From positions 5,140 to 69,139 of the IMG/VR virus record IMGVR_UViG_3300045988_086533: 64,000 bases of DNA. One strand, 5' to 3'. The notes beneath the pieces are model-generated. The model worked only from the letters and a program-made list of their open reading frames with translations. It searched no databases and was not told the DNA's origin. This document shows positions 1 to 9,209 of the stretch, one piece after another. This stretch comes from a virus. Every line of letters starts with the position of its first letter. The stretch's first letter is position 1. Both the position numbers and the translations under genes were made by a program.

Positions 1-1001
1 CTAGTAACTTATTAGAAATAACTAATTATTATGAATTAGATTTTAGCGTTGAGGGTATATCTCTTAGAGCTACAGATGGAGTTAACTTCATAACAGTTAA
101 TCATCCAACAAAATGTGATGAAGATATGTCAGTTATAGTAAAAGCTGATCAATTTAGTAAGTTGATAAATAAAACTACTAAAGATACAGTAGGACTTAAA
201 TTAATGGACAATTATTTAGAGGTAAAAGGTAATGGTACATATAAAGTAGAAATAGTTAGTGATGAAGTTTACCCAACTTTGGATATAGATGCTGATAAAG
301 AGTTTATGATAACATATACAACTTTGAGTAATGCAATAGTTGATGGTGCAAAAGCCAAAAGTACATCATCTAATGATGGTGTATTATATAGTTACTTACT
401 ACGAGATAATCAACTTATTACTGCAGATGCTATAAAAGTGTATAGTACAGAGTTGGACGGTGAGTATCTGGATGACATGGAATTATTAATACCTCCAACT
501 TTAGCCAATTTATTACAATCTATAGATACAGAGAAGGTAATATTTACGGTAAATAAGGATTGTACATTATTAAGAGCAATAGGACAGAATGTAATTATTA
601 CAGGAGCATTACAAGAAGGGGCAGCTGAGTATCCAAATGTAGTTCCATTATTAGCTGGTAAATATCCATATACTTGTGAGGTGGATGTTAAGGAAGTTTT
701 ACGAGCACTAGATAGATTGAACTTATTTGTGAGTCCATATGATAGAGGTATTATAGACTTAGTATTTACCAACACAAATATGACCATATCAACCGCTAGC
801 AAGTCCCTAGAGGCGATTGAGTATACTAAAGGGATAGATTTACCTGACCCATTTATAATAAGTGTAGATGGGGGTTATTTAAAGGACTTATTTAGTGCAG
901 TAGATGAACCTAATGTAAAAATACAATTCGGTACAGAAGAAACTATTAAGCTATGTACTAAGGATAGTATAATGATGTTGGCAACTGCCGACGAAGAATA
1001 G
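1..1001 (+). CDS. dnaN: DNA polymerase III beta-type sliding clamp (5' end lies outside window)
   Basis: The frame of the 126..1001 ORF stays open back to nt 3 (..ISLRATDGVNFITV.., clamp-like ATDG signature). The gene is co-located with clamp-loader genes. Confidence 0.7.
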   Translation, partial: SNLLEITNYYELDFSVEGISLRATDGVNFITVNHPTKCDEDMSVIVKADQFSKLINKTTKDTVGLKLMDNYLEVKGNGTYKVEIVSDEVYPTLDIDADKEFMITYTTLSNAIVDGAKAKSTSSNDGVLYSYLLRDNQLITADAIKVYSTELDGEYLDDMELLIPPTLANLLQSIDTEKVIFTVNKDCTLLRAIGQNVIITGALQEGAAEYPNVVPLLAGKYPYTCEVDVKEVLRALDRLNLFVSPYDRGIIDLVFTNTNMTISTASKSLEAIEYTKGIDLPDPFIISVDGGYLKDLFSAVDEPNVKIQFGTEETIKLCTKDSIMMLATADEE

Positions 1002-1012
1002 GAGGTTCTTAT

Positions 1013-1792
1013 ATGAAGTTAAATAAAATAGCCAAAATGGTTAGAGCTGAAAAGAGTAATGAGATAGCTCAACAATTTGTAAATGACTTAATATATACAA
1101 TAGAGAAGGAGAATGAGAGTGATTATATCCCAACTAGGTCTTATAAACCTAGTGGGATAGCTGGATGTAAAAGAAGTTTGTATTACCAAATGATAGGAGC
1201 TCAACCAGATGAACAAAGTAGTGGCGTAAATTTAGTTGGCATCTGTGAGAGTGGGACTGATAGACATGAGACAATACAAGATTATATACAACAAATGGCA
1301 AAATACACCGGGCACTGTAAATGGATAAATGTTGGTGATTATTTACACAGTAAGGGAGTTACTGATCCACAAGTGGTATCACAGGAAGGTAATGAAACTA
1401 AGTTATTTAGTAAGAAATATAATATGCGTTTTATGTGTGATGGATTAGTACAATATAAAGGTGAGTACTATATAATAGAAATTAAAACTGAAAGTACCCA
1501 CAAATACAACTCCCACGAGGAGCCACACCAAGGACACAAATTACAAGCAGCTTGTTACTCAATGTGTATAGGAGTTCCAAAAGTAATATTTATTTATGAA
1601 AATAGAGACAATTGCAGCAAAAAAGGTTATTTATTTGAAGTGCCACAAGAAATGATTGAGAGTATAGAAGACACTATCCAATATGTAAATGACTGTGTTA
1701 AATTTGACGTGTTGCCACCAAAGGAACCTAAATGTAACTATTGTATATATAAAAATACTTGTGCTAGGGAGGATACAAATGAACTATGGTAA
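1013..1792 (+). CDS. PD-(D/E)XK exonuclease, Cas4/RecB-like with Fe-S cysteines
   Basis: AGGAGG SD. Nuclease core DGLVQ..YYIIEIKTES. One N-terminal Cys plus a terminal CNYCIYKNTC (C-x2-C-x5-C) pattern. Confidence 0.7.
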   Translation: MKLNKIAKMVRAEKSNEIAQQFVNDLIYTIEKENESDYIPTRSYKPSGIAGCKRSLYYQMIGAQPDEQSSGVNLVGICESGTDRHETIQDYIQQMAKYTGHCKWINVGDYLHSKGVTDPQVVSQEGNETKLFSKKYNMRFMCDGLVQYKGEYYIIEIKTESTHKYNSHEEPHQGHKLQAACYSMCIGVPKVIFIYENRDNCSKKGYLFEVPQEMIESIEDTIQYVNDCVKFDVLPPKEPKCNYCIYKNTCAREDTNELW

Positions 1793-2264
1793 GAAGTTTG
1801 AAAATAATTTTAAAAAGGGTGTTGGTAAAGAATTAGTTAGATTATACGACACCACTAATGGATATGCAGGGGTAAAAAACCCCTGTGATTTTATCTACTA
1901 CAAATATCCATATCAGTATTTATTTGAGCTAAAAAGTGTAAAGGGCAGTAGGTTTGATTTTAGTAATATAACAGATAACCAAAAGGAACAGTTGGACTTC
2001 TATAGTCATGTACAAGGTTGTAATCCAATGGTAGTAGTAGAGTTCAGAGAGCATAAACAAGTATATATGATACCATGGAGTACCATAAAAAGAACAATGA
2101 AAAATAATAGACAAAGTTTAACTGTAGATGATTGTGAGATTATAGTAGCTATTTCCAAATTACCAGTTACGTACCAAAGGATTAATTTTACTTTGAATAA
2201 AGAAACCTTTGACAGTAGGTTATTCTTAATGGCTCAATTAAAGGAGTGTTGTAGTGATGAGTAA
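1779..2264 (+). CDS. recU: RecU-like Holliday junction resolvase
   Basis: ATG at 1779 follows AGGGAGG; the track start at 1689 lies inside the upstream gene. CDF..x..LFELKS core with QKEQL downstream resembles RecU. Confidence 0.6.
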   Translation: MNYGKKFENNFKKGVGKELVRLYDTTNGYAGVKNPCDFIYYKYPYQYLFELKSVKGSRFDFSNITDNQKEQLDFYSHVQGCNPMVVVEFREHKQVYMIPWSTIKRTMKNNRQSLTVDDCEIIVAISKLPVTYQRINFTLNKETFDSRLFLMAQLKECCSDE

Positions 2265-2766
2265 ATTGGATATTATAAAAGAGTTTAATAAACAATGTGA
2301 TGATATAGTTAATACTGCATTAACTATTAGTGAAAAATATACAGGTACCTTGGACGACTGTATATACGATGTTAAGGAATTACTACAAAATACCTCTACA
2401 CTAAGTAATGACGACTTAGAAAAGTATATAGCCTTATTACCTGTTTTAATGTATGAATTAATAGACAAAATGCAAGTATTAGGTGTTAGGGTGGATGCAG
2501 CTAAAACACAAAAGAAAACACGTTTTAACACTGCCTATATGCACAGTGACGAAAGTACTGTTGCAGCAAAAACAAGTGATGCTCAATTAATGGTAGAGGA
2601 AGAACAATTTATAGAGGACATCTATATTAGAGTCTACAAACAATGTGAGAAGAAATTAGACATTGCTGACATGCTGCACAGTAGTTTGAAAAAATTAATG
2701 AACTTAAGACTTAATGAATTTAATGTTACTAGAAATAATATGATAGCTAATGGGAGGGATTTTTAA
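2254..2766 (+). CDS. hypothetical protein
   Basis: 170-aa ORF after an AAGGAG SD. GTG at 2254 or ATG at 2257 are both possible starts. No recognisable motif. Confidence 0.55.
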   Translation: MMSKLDIIKEFNKQCDDIVNTALTISEKYTGTLDDCIYDVKELLQNTSTLSNDDLEKYIALLPVLMYELIDKMQVLGVRVDAAKTQKKTRFNTAYMHSDESTVAAKTSDAQLMVEEEQFIEDIYIRVYKQCEKKLDIADMLHSSLKKLMNLRLNEFNVTRNNMIANGRDF

Positions 2767-3224
2767 TGGCAAATAAAAAAGTAAAAGTAAGAGTATTTGA
2801 AGGTGGGCAAGCTCCACAAAGTAATAATGGTAACTGGTATGATTGTTATGTACGTACTGCAAATGTAAATGGGGTAGAACCTACTAGTAATATAGTAAGG
2901 TTCGCCCCAGGAGATATAGTAGTAGTTCATCTAGGATTTTCTATGGACATGGGAAAGGGCTACGAGGGGTATATATTACCTCGTAGTAGTACATTTAAAC
3001 ATACTGGATTATTATTAACAAATAGTATGGGATTAGTTGATGATACGTACTGTGGAGATAATGATGAATGGTTAGCAATGTTTTACAGTACTAGATATGG
3101 AGCCTTTAAGAAAGGCGATAGATTAGTACAAATAAGTGTTAAAAAGAGTACTCCTTTAGATATAGATGAAGTTGATATATTAGGCAACGAAGATCGTGGC
3201 GGATATGGTACATCTGGGAAATAA
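2766..3224 (+). CDS. dut: dUTP diphosphatase
   Basis: GGGAGG SD. dUTPase-like motifs (ILPRSS, GLVDDTYCGDNDEW). 152 aa. Confidence 0.7.
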   Translation: MANKKVKVRVFEGGQAPQSNNGNWYDCYVRTANVNGVEPTSNIVRFAPGDIVVVHLGFSMDMGKGYEGYILPRSSTFKHTGLLLTNSMGLVDDTYCGDNDEWLAMFYSTRYGAFKKGDRLVQISVKKSTPLDIDEVDILGNEDRGGYGTSGK

Positions 3225-3229
3225 AACAG

Positions 3230-3260
3230 AGTGGGTGGTTAGTAAATCACCCACTTTTTC
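3230..3260 (+). terminator. intrinsic terminator after dut
   Basis: AGTGGGTG / CACCCACT 8-bp stem followed by a T-run. Confidence 0.55.
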
Positions 3261-3272
3261 TATACTATATAT
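3238..3272 (+). promoter_or_regulatory. phage-specific promoter motif, copy 1
   Basis: GTTAGTAAA-N14-TATACTATATAT. Upstream box sits in the loop of the dut terminator. Precedes the recA-like gene. Confidence 0.55.
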
Positions 3273-3300
3273 AGAATACAAATAAAGGAGTGATTACATA

Positions 3301-4467
3301 ATGAGGGAGATTGATTTAAAAATGGCTGCATTGAATAAAAAATTTGGTGCAGATATAATACAACAAGGAACTGACATAATAGAAGTGGATAAAATACCAT
3401 TTAGTAGTCCTATGGCAAATTATATGACTTATGGTGGAATACCAATTGGAAAAATAACTGAGTTCTTTGGAGGTGAAGGGGGAGGAAAAACAACCTCCGC
3501 TCTTGATATTTGTGGTAATGCGCAAAAGAAATTCCAGGAGGTTTACGATAAAAAAGTTGGGGAATTGGTACAACAAATAGAACTATTACAACAAACTAAC
3601 ACAAAACAAGCACAAAAGGAAATTACAAAATTAAGCGCAGAATTAGATAAAGTACAGGAAAAAGGTGAAAAACTAGTATTATATATAGATACAGAACAAA
3701 CTTTGGATACTGAATGGGCTAAGTTATTAGGCGTAGACACAGAGAAAATGATATTAGTAAGACCACAAGAACAAACTGCAGAACAGGTACTACAAATAAT
3801 AATTGAATTAATTAGTACTGGGAATGTGGGGTTATGCGTATTAGATAGTATACCTTGTCTAGTTCCTCAACAAATATTTGATGAGAGTATGGAGAAGAAA
3901 GCCTATGGCGGTATATCACAACCTTTAACTATATTTTGTAGTAAAATTTTACCTCATTTAACAGTTAATCAATGTGCTTTCATAGGAATTAATCAAATAC
4001 GTGAGGACTTAAGTAGTATGTTTAGTACCATAAGTACTCCAGGTGGTAAAGGTTGGAAACATGCTTGTAGTTTAAGAATTAAATTTAGAAAAGATACATT
4101 ATTGGACGAAAACAACAAAGAGTTAAGTAGTAAAGCTGAAAACCCAGCCGGTAATAGAGTTGGCATGGAAATTATAAAAACAAAGGTATGTAAACCAAAT
4201 AGAAGACTAGGTTATTATACACTAAAATATTTAGAGGGTGTAGATACTCTATACGATATGATTAATGTATGTATGTATTATAAAATAGTACAACAAGCGG
4301 GTTCTTGGTATAGAGTAATAGATGAGCAAAGTAATATAGTATTAGACAAGGAAGGCAATGAATTGAACTTCCAAGGTATGACTAGATTTTTAGACTATTT
4401 ACATAAACATGAAGATGTAGTTCATGAATTACTAACTAGACTAAATGGGGTGATGTTGGATGAGTAA
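3301..4467 (+). CDS. recA: RecA-family recombinase with coiled-coil insertion
   Basis: Walker A GGEGGGKTT and Walker B-like LVLYIDTE. RecA-like L1/L2 region (INQIRED, STPGGKGWKH). Confidence 0.8.
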   Translation: MREIDLKMAALNKKFGADIIQQGTDIIEVDKIPFSSPMANYMTYGGIPIGKITEFFGGEGGGKTTSALDICGNAQKKFQEVYDKKVGELVQQIELLQQTNTKQAQKEITKLSAELDKVQEKGEKLVLYIDTEQTLDTEWAKLLGVDTEKMILVRPQEQTAEQVLQIIIELISTGNVGLCVLDSIPCLVPQQIFDESMEKKAYGGISQPLTIFCSKILPHLTVNQCAFIGINQIREDLSSMFSTISTPGGKGWKHACSLRIKFRKDTLLDENNKELSSKAENPAGNRVGMEIIKTKVCKPNRRLGYYTLKYLEGVDTLYDMINVCMYYKIVQQAGSWYRVIDEQSNIVLDKEGNELNFQGMTRFLDYLHKHEDVVHELLTRLNGVMLDE

Positions 4468-5086
4468 TAATGGTAATAAGTGCCAAGAAATAGTTATGCG
4501 CTATAAAAACGGTGAAAAAGATGCAATAAATGAATTACCCCAGTACATAGACAATATGGTATATTCTCTATTAAAACCATATAAATTATATAATGATAGA
4601 GATGAAATGTATCAAGTTGCTTGGCAGTGTATAATGAAGTGTGTCGACCATTATGACCCATCCTATGGCACATTATTCACGACATTTGCTTATCCAGCTA
4701 TAAAAAGAGAACTACGACAATATAGGAATAGAATGGATAAACATAATAGATATACCACAGATGGAGAACAGAATATATATAAGATATTATCTATAGACGG
4801 ATATATACAACTCAAGCATCATGGACATATTAGATATACATCATTAGAAAATTATTTGGAGAGCAAGGAAGATGTAGAGCTTAGTGCTTTAGTACGTGAG
4901 TTAAAAGAAATTATTAGGGAAGAACTAAAGAGTGTGAAGAATGACAAACAACGTGCTATAATAGCTGATTATCTGTGTGGCATAAAAGGTACATACATAG
5001 CATATCAGTACAGTGTATCACCTGCATATGTATCCAGAGTAGTAAAAGATTTTTTTAGAAAAGTTAAAGAACAAGTTAGCGAATAA
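4460..5086 (+). CDS. sigma-70 family (region 2 / region 4) RNA polymerase sigma factor
   Basis: Region-2-like DPSYGTLFTTFAYPAIKRELRQY. C-terminal HTH-like segment IAYQYSVSPAYVSRVVK. 208 aa. Confidence 0.6.
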   Translation: MSNNGNKCQEIVMRYKNGEKDAINELPQYIDNMVYSLLKPYKLYNDRDEMYQVAWQCIMKCVDHYDPSYGTLFTTFAYPAIKRELRQYRNRMDKHNRYTTDGEQNIYKILSIDGYIQLKHHGHIRYTSLENYLESKEDVELSALVRELKEIIREELKSVKNDKQRAIIADYLCGIKGTYIAYQYSVSPAYVSRVVKDFFRKVKEQVSE

Positions 5087-5109
5087 GAGATACCTCCTAT
5101 ACTATATAT
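5075..5109 (+). promoter_or_regulatory. phage-specific promoter motif, copy 2
   Basis: GTTAGCGAA-N14-TATACTATATAT. Overlaps the last codons of the sigma gene. Precedes 5143. Confidence 0.5.
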
Positions 5110-5122
5110 ATAGGAGGTTTTA
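5092..5122 (+). terminator. hairpin/terminator after the sigma gene
   Basis: ACCTCCTATA / TATAGGAGGT stem followed by TTTT. Encloses the TATACTATAT box. Confidence 0.45.
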
Positions 5123-5142
5123 ATTTAAGGAGGTGTTTTTAT

Positions 5143-5475
5143 ATGAGTACAAGAAGTAAAAGTGATGAACAAGAACAATATGTAGCTAATTACTTGGAAG
5201 GAGAAGTTACACCTAATAGTGGTGCAGGACATACTAAAAAAGGAGATGTATTAGTTGATACATTTTACTTAATAGAATGTAAAACTAAAATGCAACCTGC
5301 AACACAATTTACCATAAAGAAAGAATGGATAACTAAACTACAACAACAATCATTGGCAATGCATAGACCATATAGTGCGTTAGTATTTGACTTTGGGAAG
5401 GTGGGGGAAGAATATGCAATAATACCATTACAGGATCTAAAAGACTATATAGAAAAATTAAGGGAGGAATTATAA
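5143..5475 (+). CDS. small PD-(D/E)XK-type nuclease (possible resolvase)
   Basis: AAGGAGG SD. GDVLVDTFYLIECKTK gives a D..E-x-K arrangement. 110 aa. Confidence 0.45.
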   Translation: MSTRSKSDEQEQYVANYLEGEVTPNSGAGHTKKGDVLVDTFYLIECKTKMQPATQFTIKKEWITKLQQQSLAMHRPYSALVFDFGKVGEEYAIIPLQDLKDYIEKLREEL

Positions 5476-6488
5476 TGGAAGCATTAGCAACTAAATATAG
5501 ACCGAGAACATTTAATGACGTGGTGTGTCAAGATAATATAAAAAAGGTATTAACTAACCAATTGGAAACTGGAGAGATAAAACAAGCTTATTTGTTCGCC
5601 GGAAGCCCTGGAACTGGTAAAACTACTAGTGCTAGGATATTTGCAAATGACGTAAATGAAGGTAAAGGAAAACCAATAGAAATAGACGGTGCCAGTAATA
5701 ATGGTGTTGATAATATACGTAGTATAATTGATGACTGTAAAATGAAAAGTTTAGACAGTAAATACAAAGTATACATAATAGATGAAGTTCATATGTTGAG
5801 TCTCGGTGCATTCAATGCCCTATTAAAAGTGTTAGAAGAACCACCAAAGGGAGTTATATTCATATTATGTACAACAGATCCACATAAGATACCACCAACT
5901 ATATTAAGTAGATTACAACGTTTTGACTTTAAACGTATACCACAATTCGATATAGTACAAAGATTAGAGTATATCTTAAAAAAGGAAGGTATATTAACAT
6001 ATAACGTAGAGGCAATAGAGTATATAGCAAAATTAGCTGACGGGGGAATGAGAGATGCCATAATGAAACTAGATACAGTACTAGGTTATACAAATGAGAT
6101 AACACTACAAGCAGTATTAGATTGCTTAGGAATTACTAATTATGAATATCTATTAGGAATAGTACAAGGGATTATAAATAAACAACCAGATGAACCGATA
6201 CAAATAATCGACAAGATATATAGAGACGGAAAAGACTTAAAACTATTTGTAAAGGACTTAAATAAGTTTGTACTAGATTTATGTAAGCTGAATATAACAA
6301 GAAATAAAGAGTTAACAATGATACCAACTGATATAATGCGACAATGTATCCATATAGCAACTAATACTTCAAAGTATGACTTAGTAGATATATTGGATGG
6401 GATCAATAACTTATTAGACAAGATAAAATATGAGCAGAATCCTAAAAATTTAGTTGAAAGCGAGTTGATAATCTTATGTCTAAAATAA
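5475..6488 (+). CDS. dnaX: clamp loader subunit, DNA polymerase III gamma/tau-like
   Basis: YRPRTFNDVV, Walker A GSPGTGKTT, DEVHML, SRLQRF sensor motif. Confidence 0.8.
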   Translation: MEALATKYRPRTFNDVVCQDNIKKVLTNQLETGEIKQAYLFAGSPGTGKTTSARIFANDVNEGKGKPIEIDGASNNGVDNIRSIIDDCKMKSLDSKYKVYIIDEVHMLSLGAFNALLKVLEEPPKGVIFILCTTDPHKIPPTILSRLQRFDFKRIPQFDIVQRLEYILKKEGILTYNVEAIEYIAKLADGGMRDAIMKLDTVLGYTNEITLQAVLDCLGITNYEYLLGIVQGIINKQPDEPIQIIDKIYRDGKDLKLFVKDLNKFVLDLCKLNITRNKELTMIPTDIMRQCIHIATNTSKYDLVDILDGINNLLDKIKYEQNPKNLVESELIILCLK

Positions 6489-7279
6489 TAGGTCAGGCTA
6501 AGTTACAAGCCAAGCTGAATGGTCAACCTATACCTCACTTTTTTATATTGTGGGGTGATAGAGGGGCAGGGAAGTATCTAATGAGTAAACAAATAGCTAA
6601 TAATAACCATTATAATTATGTATTAGTGGATAATAATATCGAAGGTATTAGACAATTAATAGAAGATTGTACTGCTATATCTACACCGACATTATTTTAT
6701 ATAAAGGGAGATGAGTTATCTATACCAGCACAGAATGCATTGCTTAAATTAGCTGAGGAGCCACCTAGTAAAGGCTACATAATGATTGGAGTAAGAAATA
6801 TAGATAATTTATTAGCAACAATACGTAGTAGAGCAAAACTATTAATAATGGATAATTACAGTGTACACGAGCTAAATGATGTATTTGATTTATACGATCT
6901 GGGTGAAGTGCCAAGAGATATACTATGTAAAGTAGCCACAACACCGGGGCAAATGTTGGAATATGTTGATAAGGATTTCATCAATATGTATCAATATGCA
7001 TTAAAGGTATACAACAATATATTAAGAGTTAGCACAGGGAACGCCTTTAAGATATGTAATCCAATAGGGTTTAAAGAAAATGATGGCTATCCAGTGGAAC
7101 TATTTTTAGAACTATTTAAACAGGTAGTAATAGATGAGCAGAAACACAGTAGCTATGTGGATCATAAGATGATAGAGTACACTAGTTTAGCACTAAGAGA
7201 TTTAAGGATAAGAGGAGCAAATAAACCATTAATATTCGATATATTTGTACTAAATATTAGAACTTTAAGGGGGAAATAA
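6476..7279 (+). CDS. holB: clamp loader subunit, delta'-like
   Basis: Degenerate P-loop GDRGAGKY. LLKLAEEPP and TIRSRAKLL motifs typical of delta'. Confidence 0.6.
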   Translation: MSKIIGQAKLQAKLNGQPIPHFFILWGDRGAGKYLMSKQIANNNHYNYVLVDNNIEGIRQLIEDCTAISTPTLFYIKGDELSIPAQNALLKLAEEPPSKGYIMIGVRNIDNLLATIRSRAKLLIMDNYSVHELNDVFDLYDLGEVPRDILCKVATTPGQMLEYVDKDFINMYQYALKVYNNILRVSTGNAFKICNPIGFKENDGYPVELFLELFKQVVIDEQKHSSYVDHKMIEYTSLALRDLRIRGANKPLIFDIFVLNIRTLRGK

Positions 7280-7280
7280 T

Positions 7281-7604
7281 ATGTTACCATTAAAAAATGA
7301 TGCTAGGGAAATTAAGAAGTTTGCCAAACAATTTGCAGAGGCTTATAAAGATTGTTTTGCTTGGTATAGTGAAGAAAAATATGTTCGTGGGTTTGCTGCA
7401 AGACACTTTGAAACTGTATGTGCTATCAATGAAGATGAGAATGGGATCAAGATAAGCAAGAAAAATAAAAAATTATTTATAGATGAATTTAGTAAAATTA
7501 CATTAAATAATATACTATATATGAAGGAACAACACAACATAAAGGAAAAACAGGACATTAAGAAACATGGGATAAAACGTAAAAAACAAAAGGGAGGAAA
7601 ATAA
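7281..7604 (+). CDS. hypothetical basic protein between the clamp-loader genes
   Basis: AAGGGGG SD. 107 aa with a Lys-rich tail. Contains an internal NKKLF. Confidence 0.55.
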   Translation: MLPLKNDAREIKKFAKQFAEAYKDCFAWYSEEKYVRGFAARHFETVCAINEDENGIKISKKNKKLFIDEFSKITLNNILYMKEQHNIKEKQDIKKHGIKRKKQKGGK

Positions 7605-7605
7605 T

Positions 7606-7764
7606 ATGTTTAATTTTATGGTTTTAATAGTTGCAATGAGTATAGTAATTGATTGGATAACACAAACAATAGGCGATAGGGATATTGATGGTATAAGTGC
7701 TATAGTAATTTCATTAGCTATATGGTATTTAATCCAAATAGTGGGAGGAATAAAATTATGTTAG
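7606..7764 (+). CDS. small membrane protein (52 aa)
   Basis: Not in the ORF track. AAGGGAGG SD 7 nt before the ATG. Two hydrophobic segments (MFNFMVLIVAMSIVI.., ISAIVISLAIWYLIQIVGG). Confidence 0.45.
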   Translation: MFNFMVLIVAMSIVIDWITQTIGDRDIDGISAIVISLAIWYLIQIVGGIKLC

Positions 7765-8657
7765 GTTTATTAGAACTACAGGGGCAAATAAGGGAAGGTA
7801 ATTTACTTCCCTTTTATATTTTTACTGGGGAAGAAATTGAGCTGCAAAATATATACTTAAAACAAATGGGTAATGTAGTGCGTATAGATAGAGTGGCTGA
7901 CATATATAACAAAATAACAAGTAAACTAATAGGCGGTAAATTTGCAGTATATGTAGTTAGAGATGATATGGATTTTATTAAGAGTGAAAAAACGTGGGGC
8001 AGTATAAGTAATAAAATTAGAAATGCAGTATTAGTAGTACAAGTTACAACGCCGAGTAAATGTAAAAAATTTATAAAGGAATTAAATAATTGTGTAGTAG
8101 AATTCAATCATATGACAACAAAACAATTGTTAAGTGTGGTTAATATGAAAGGTAGTGTAAGTAATAAACAATATTTTATAGAAGCCTGCAATAATGATTT
8201 AAATACAATTAACAATTATATGGATATATTCAAGAGATCAGGAATAAAAGAGCTGAATAAAAAGATAGTAGATGAGTATATACCAACAAAAGAAGAAGTA
8301 ACTGTATTTCAACTAGCAGATGCCATAATGAAAAAAGATGAACAATTGACATTTAGATTATTAGACCAGTTATTGGAGGATAAAAATAATGCAATGGGTA
8401 TTATATATGCCATATATTCTCAACTCCATAAATGTGTATTAGTAGAAGGATATAGAGGGGAAGAAGATATCTCTAAAATAACTGGTATTAATAGTTGGAT
8501 ATGTAATAATATACTACGTTATAACCGTATAAAGCCCGCTAAATTACTTACTGCACTACGATTAGTACAAAAGTATGATCAGGGAGTAAAGACAGGCAAA
8601 TATGAAGGTGTAGTAGCTTGTTATAGTTTAATAATAGAAATTTTAAGTTATTGTTAG
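7758..8657 (+). CDS. holA: clamp loader subunit, delta-like
   Basis: ATG at 7758 after GGGAGG. N-terminus LLPFYIFTGEE and ~300 aa size fit HolA. Confidence 0.55.
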   Translation: MLGLLELQGQIREGNLLPFYIFTGEEIELQNIYLKQMGNVVRIDRVADIYNKITSKLIGGKFAVYVVRDDMDFIKSEKTWGSISNKIRNAVLVVQVTTPSKCKKFIKELNNCVVEFNHMTTKQLLSVVNMKGSVSNKQYFIEACNNDLNTINNYMDIFKRSGIKELNKKIVDEYIPTKEEVTVFQLADAIMKKDEQLTFRLLDQLLEDKNNAMGIIYAIYSQLHKCVLVEGYRGEEDISKITGINSWICNNILRYNRIKPAKLLTALRLVQKYDQGVKTGKYEGVVACYSLIIEILSYC

Positions 8658-8687
8658 CAAAATGGTAAATTTTTCTATACTATATAC
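8653..8687 (+). promoter_or_regulatory. phage-specific promoter motif, copy 3
   Basis: GTTAGCAAA-N14-TATACTATATAC. Precedes 8703. Confidence 0.5.
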
Positions 8688-8702
8688 AAGGAGATGATAG
8701 TA

Positions 8703-8951
8703 ATGAAAATAAATAAAGAATTTGAAATTACTACTGACAAGGATAAAAATTATGTGCTTATACAAACATATAAAACTAAAGTAGGAACATATACAACAAA
8801 AGAAAGATATTATCCGACATTAGAGAAGGCATTAGTTGACTGTTTAAGATTAGGTATATTAGAGACAGAATTAAAAGATATAAGAACAGTATTAGATACA
8901 TTAAACAAGCTGGAAAAGGATATTAAGAAAAGTTTGAAGGAGGGGAAATAA
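8703..8951 (+). CDS. hypothetical protein
   Basis: ATG at 8703 lies 9 nt after AAGGAG; the track ATG at 8694 abuts the SD. Confidence 0.5.
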   Translation: MKINKEFEITTDKDKNYVLIQTYKTKVGTYTTKERYYPTLEKALVDCLRLGILETELKDIRTVLDTLNKLEKDIKKSLKEGK

Positions 8952-9209
8952 ATGACAAGACGTAAATGTAAAAAATGTAATGGCGATGTGGAATATTGTA
9001 AAATGGGTAGAGGTAGTTATAGTTTAATATTTTTACTAACAGGTGGTTGTATGATGTGGATACCGATACTTGGTTGGATAGCTGCTCCAATATGTTTTAT
9101 ATTAGCGGTATTTATGTTAATTATGCCAACTCACTACTTTGTTAGATGCGTTAGATGTGGTGAGGTTGTAAATATAACAAAAGAGGAATATGAGGAGGTA
9201 ACTAGATAA
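8952..9209 (+). CDS. membrane protein with split CxxC..CxxC zinc ribbon
   Basis: AAGGAGGGG SD. CKKCNG and CVRCGE flank two hydrophobic helices. Confidence 0.55.
   Translation: MTRRKCKKCNGDVEYCKMGRGSYSLIFLLTGGCMMWIPILGWIAAPICFILAVFMLIMPTHYFVRCVRCGEVVNITKEEYEEVTR

Noticed and set aside
1689-1778. The track start at 1689 for the RecU-like ORF. There are similar upstream starts at 7722, 10650, 12142, 13228, 13775, 21442, 28971, 31243, 43759, 54809 and 58725.
   Set aside because: In each case an internal ATG sits 6-10 nt after a strong AGGAGG-type SD, and the upstream extension overlaps the preceding gene or has no SD.
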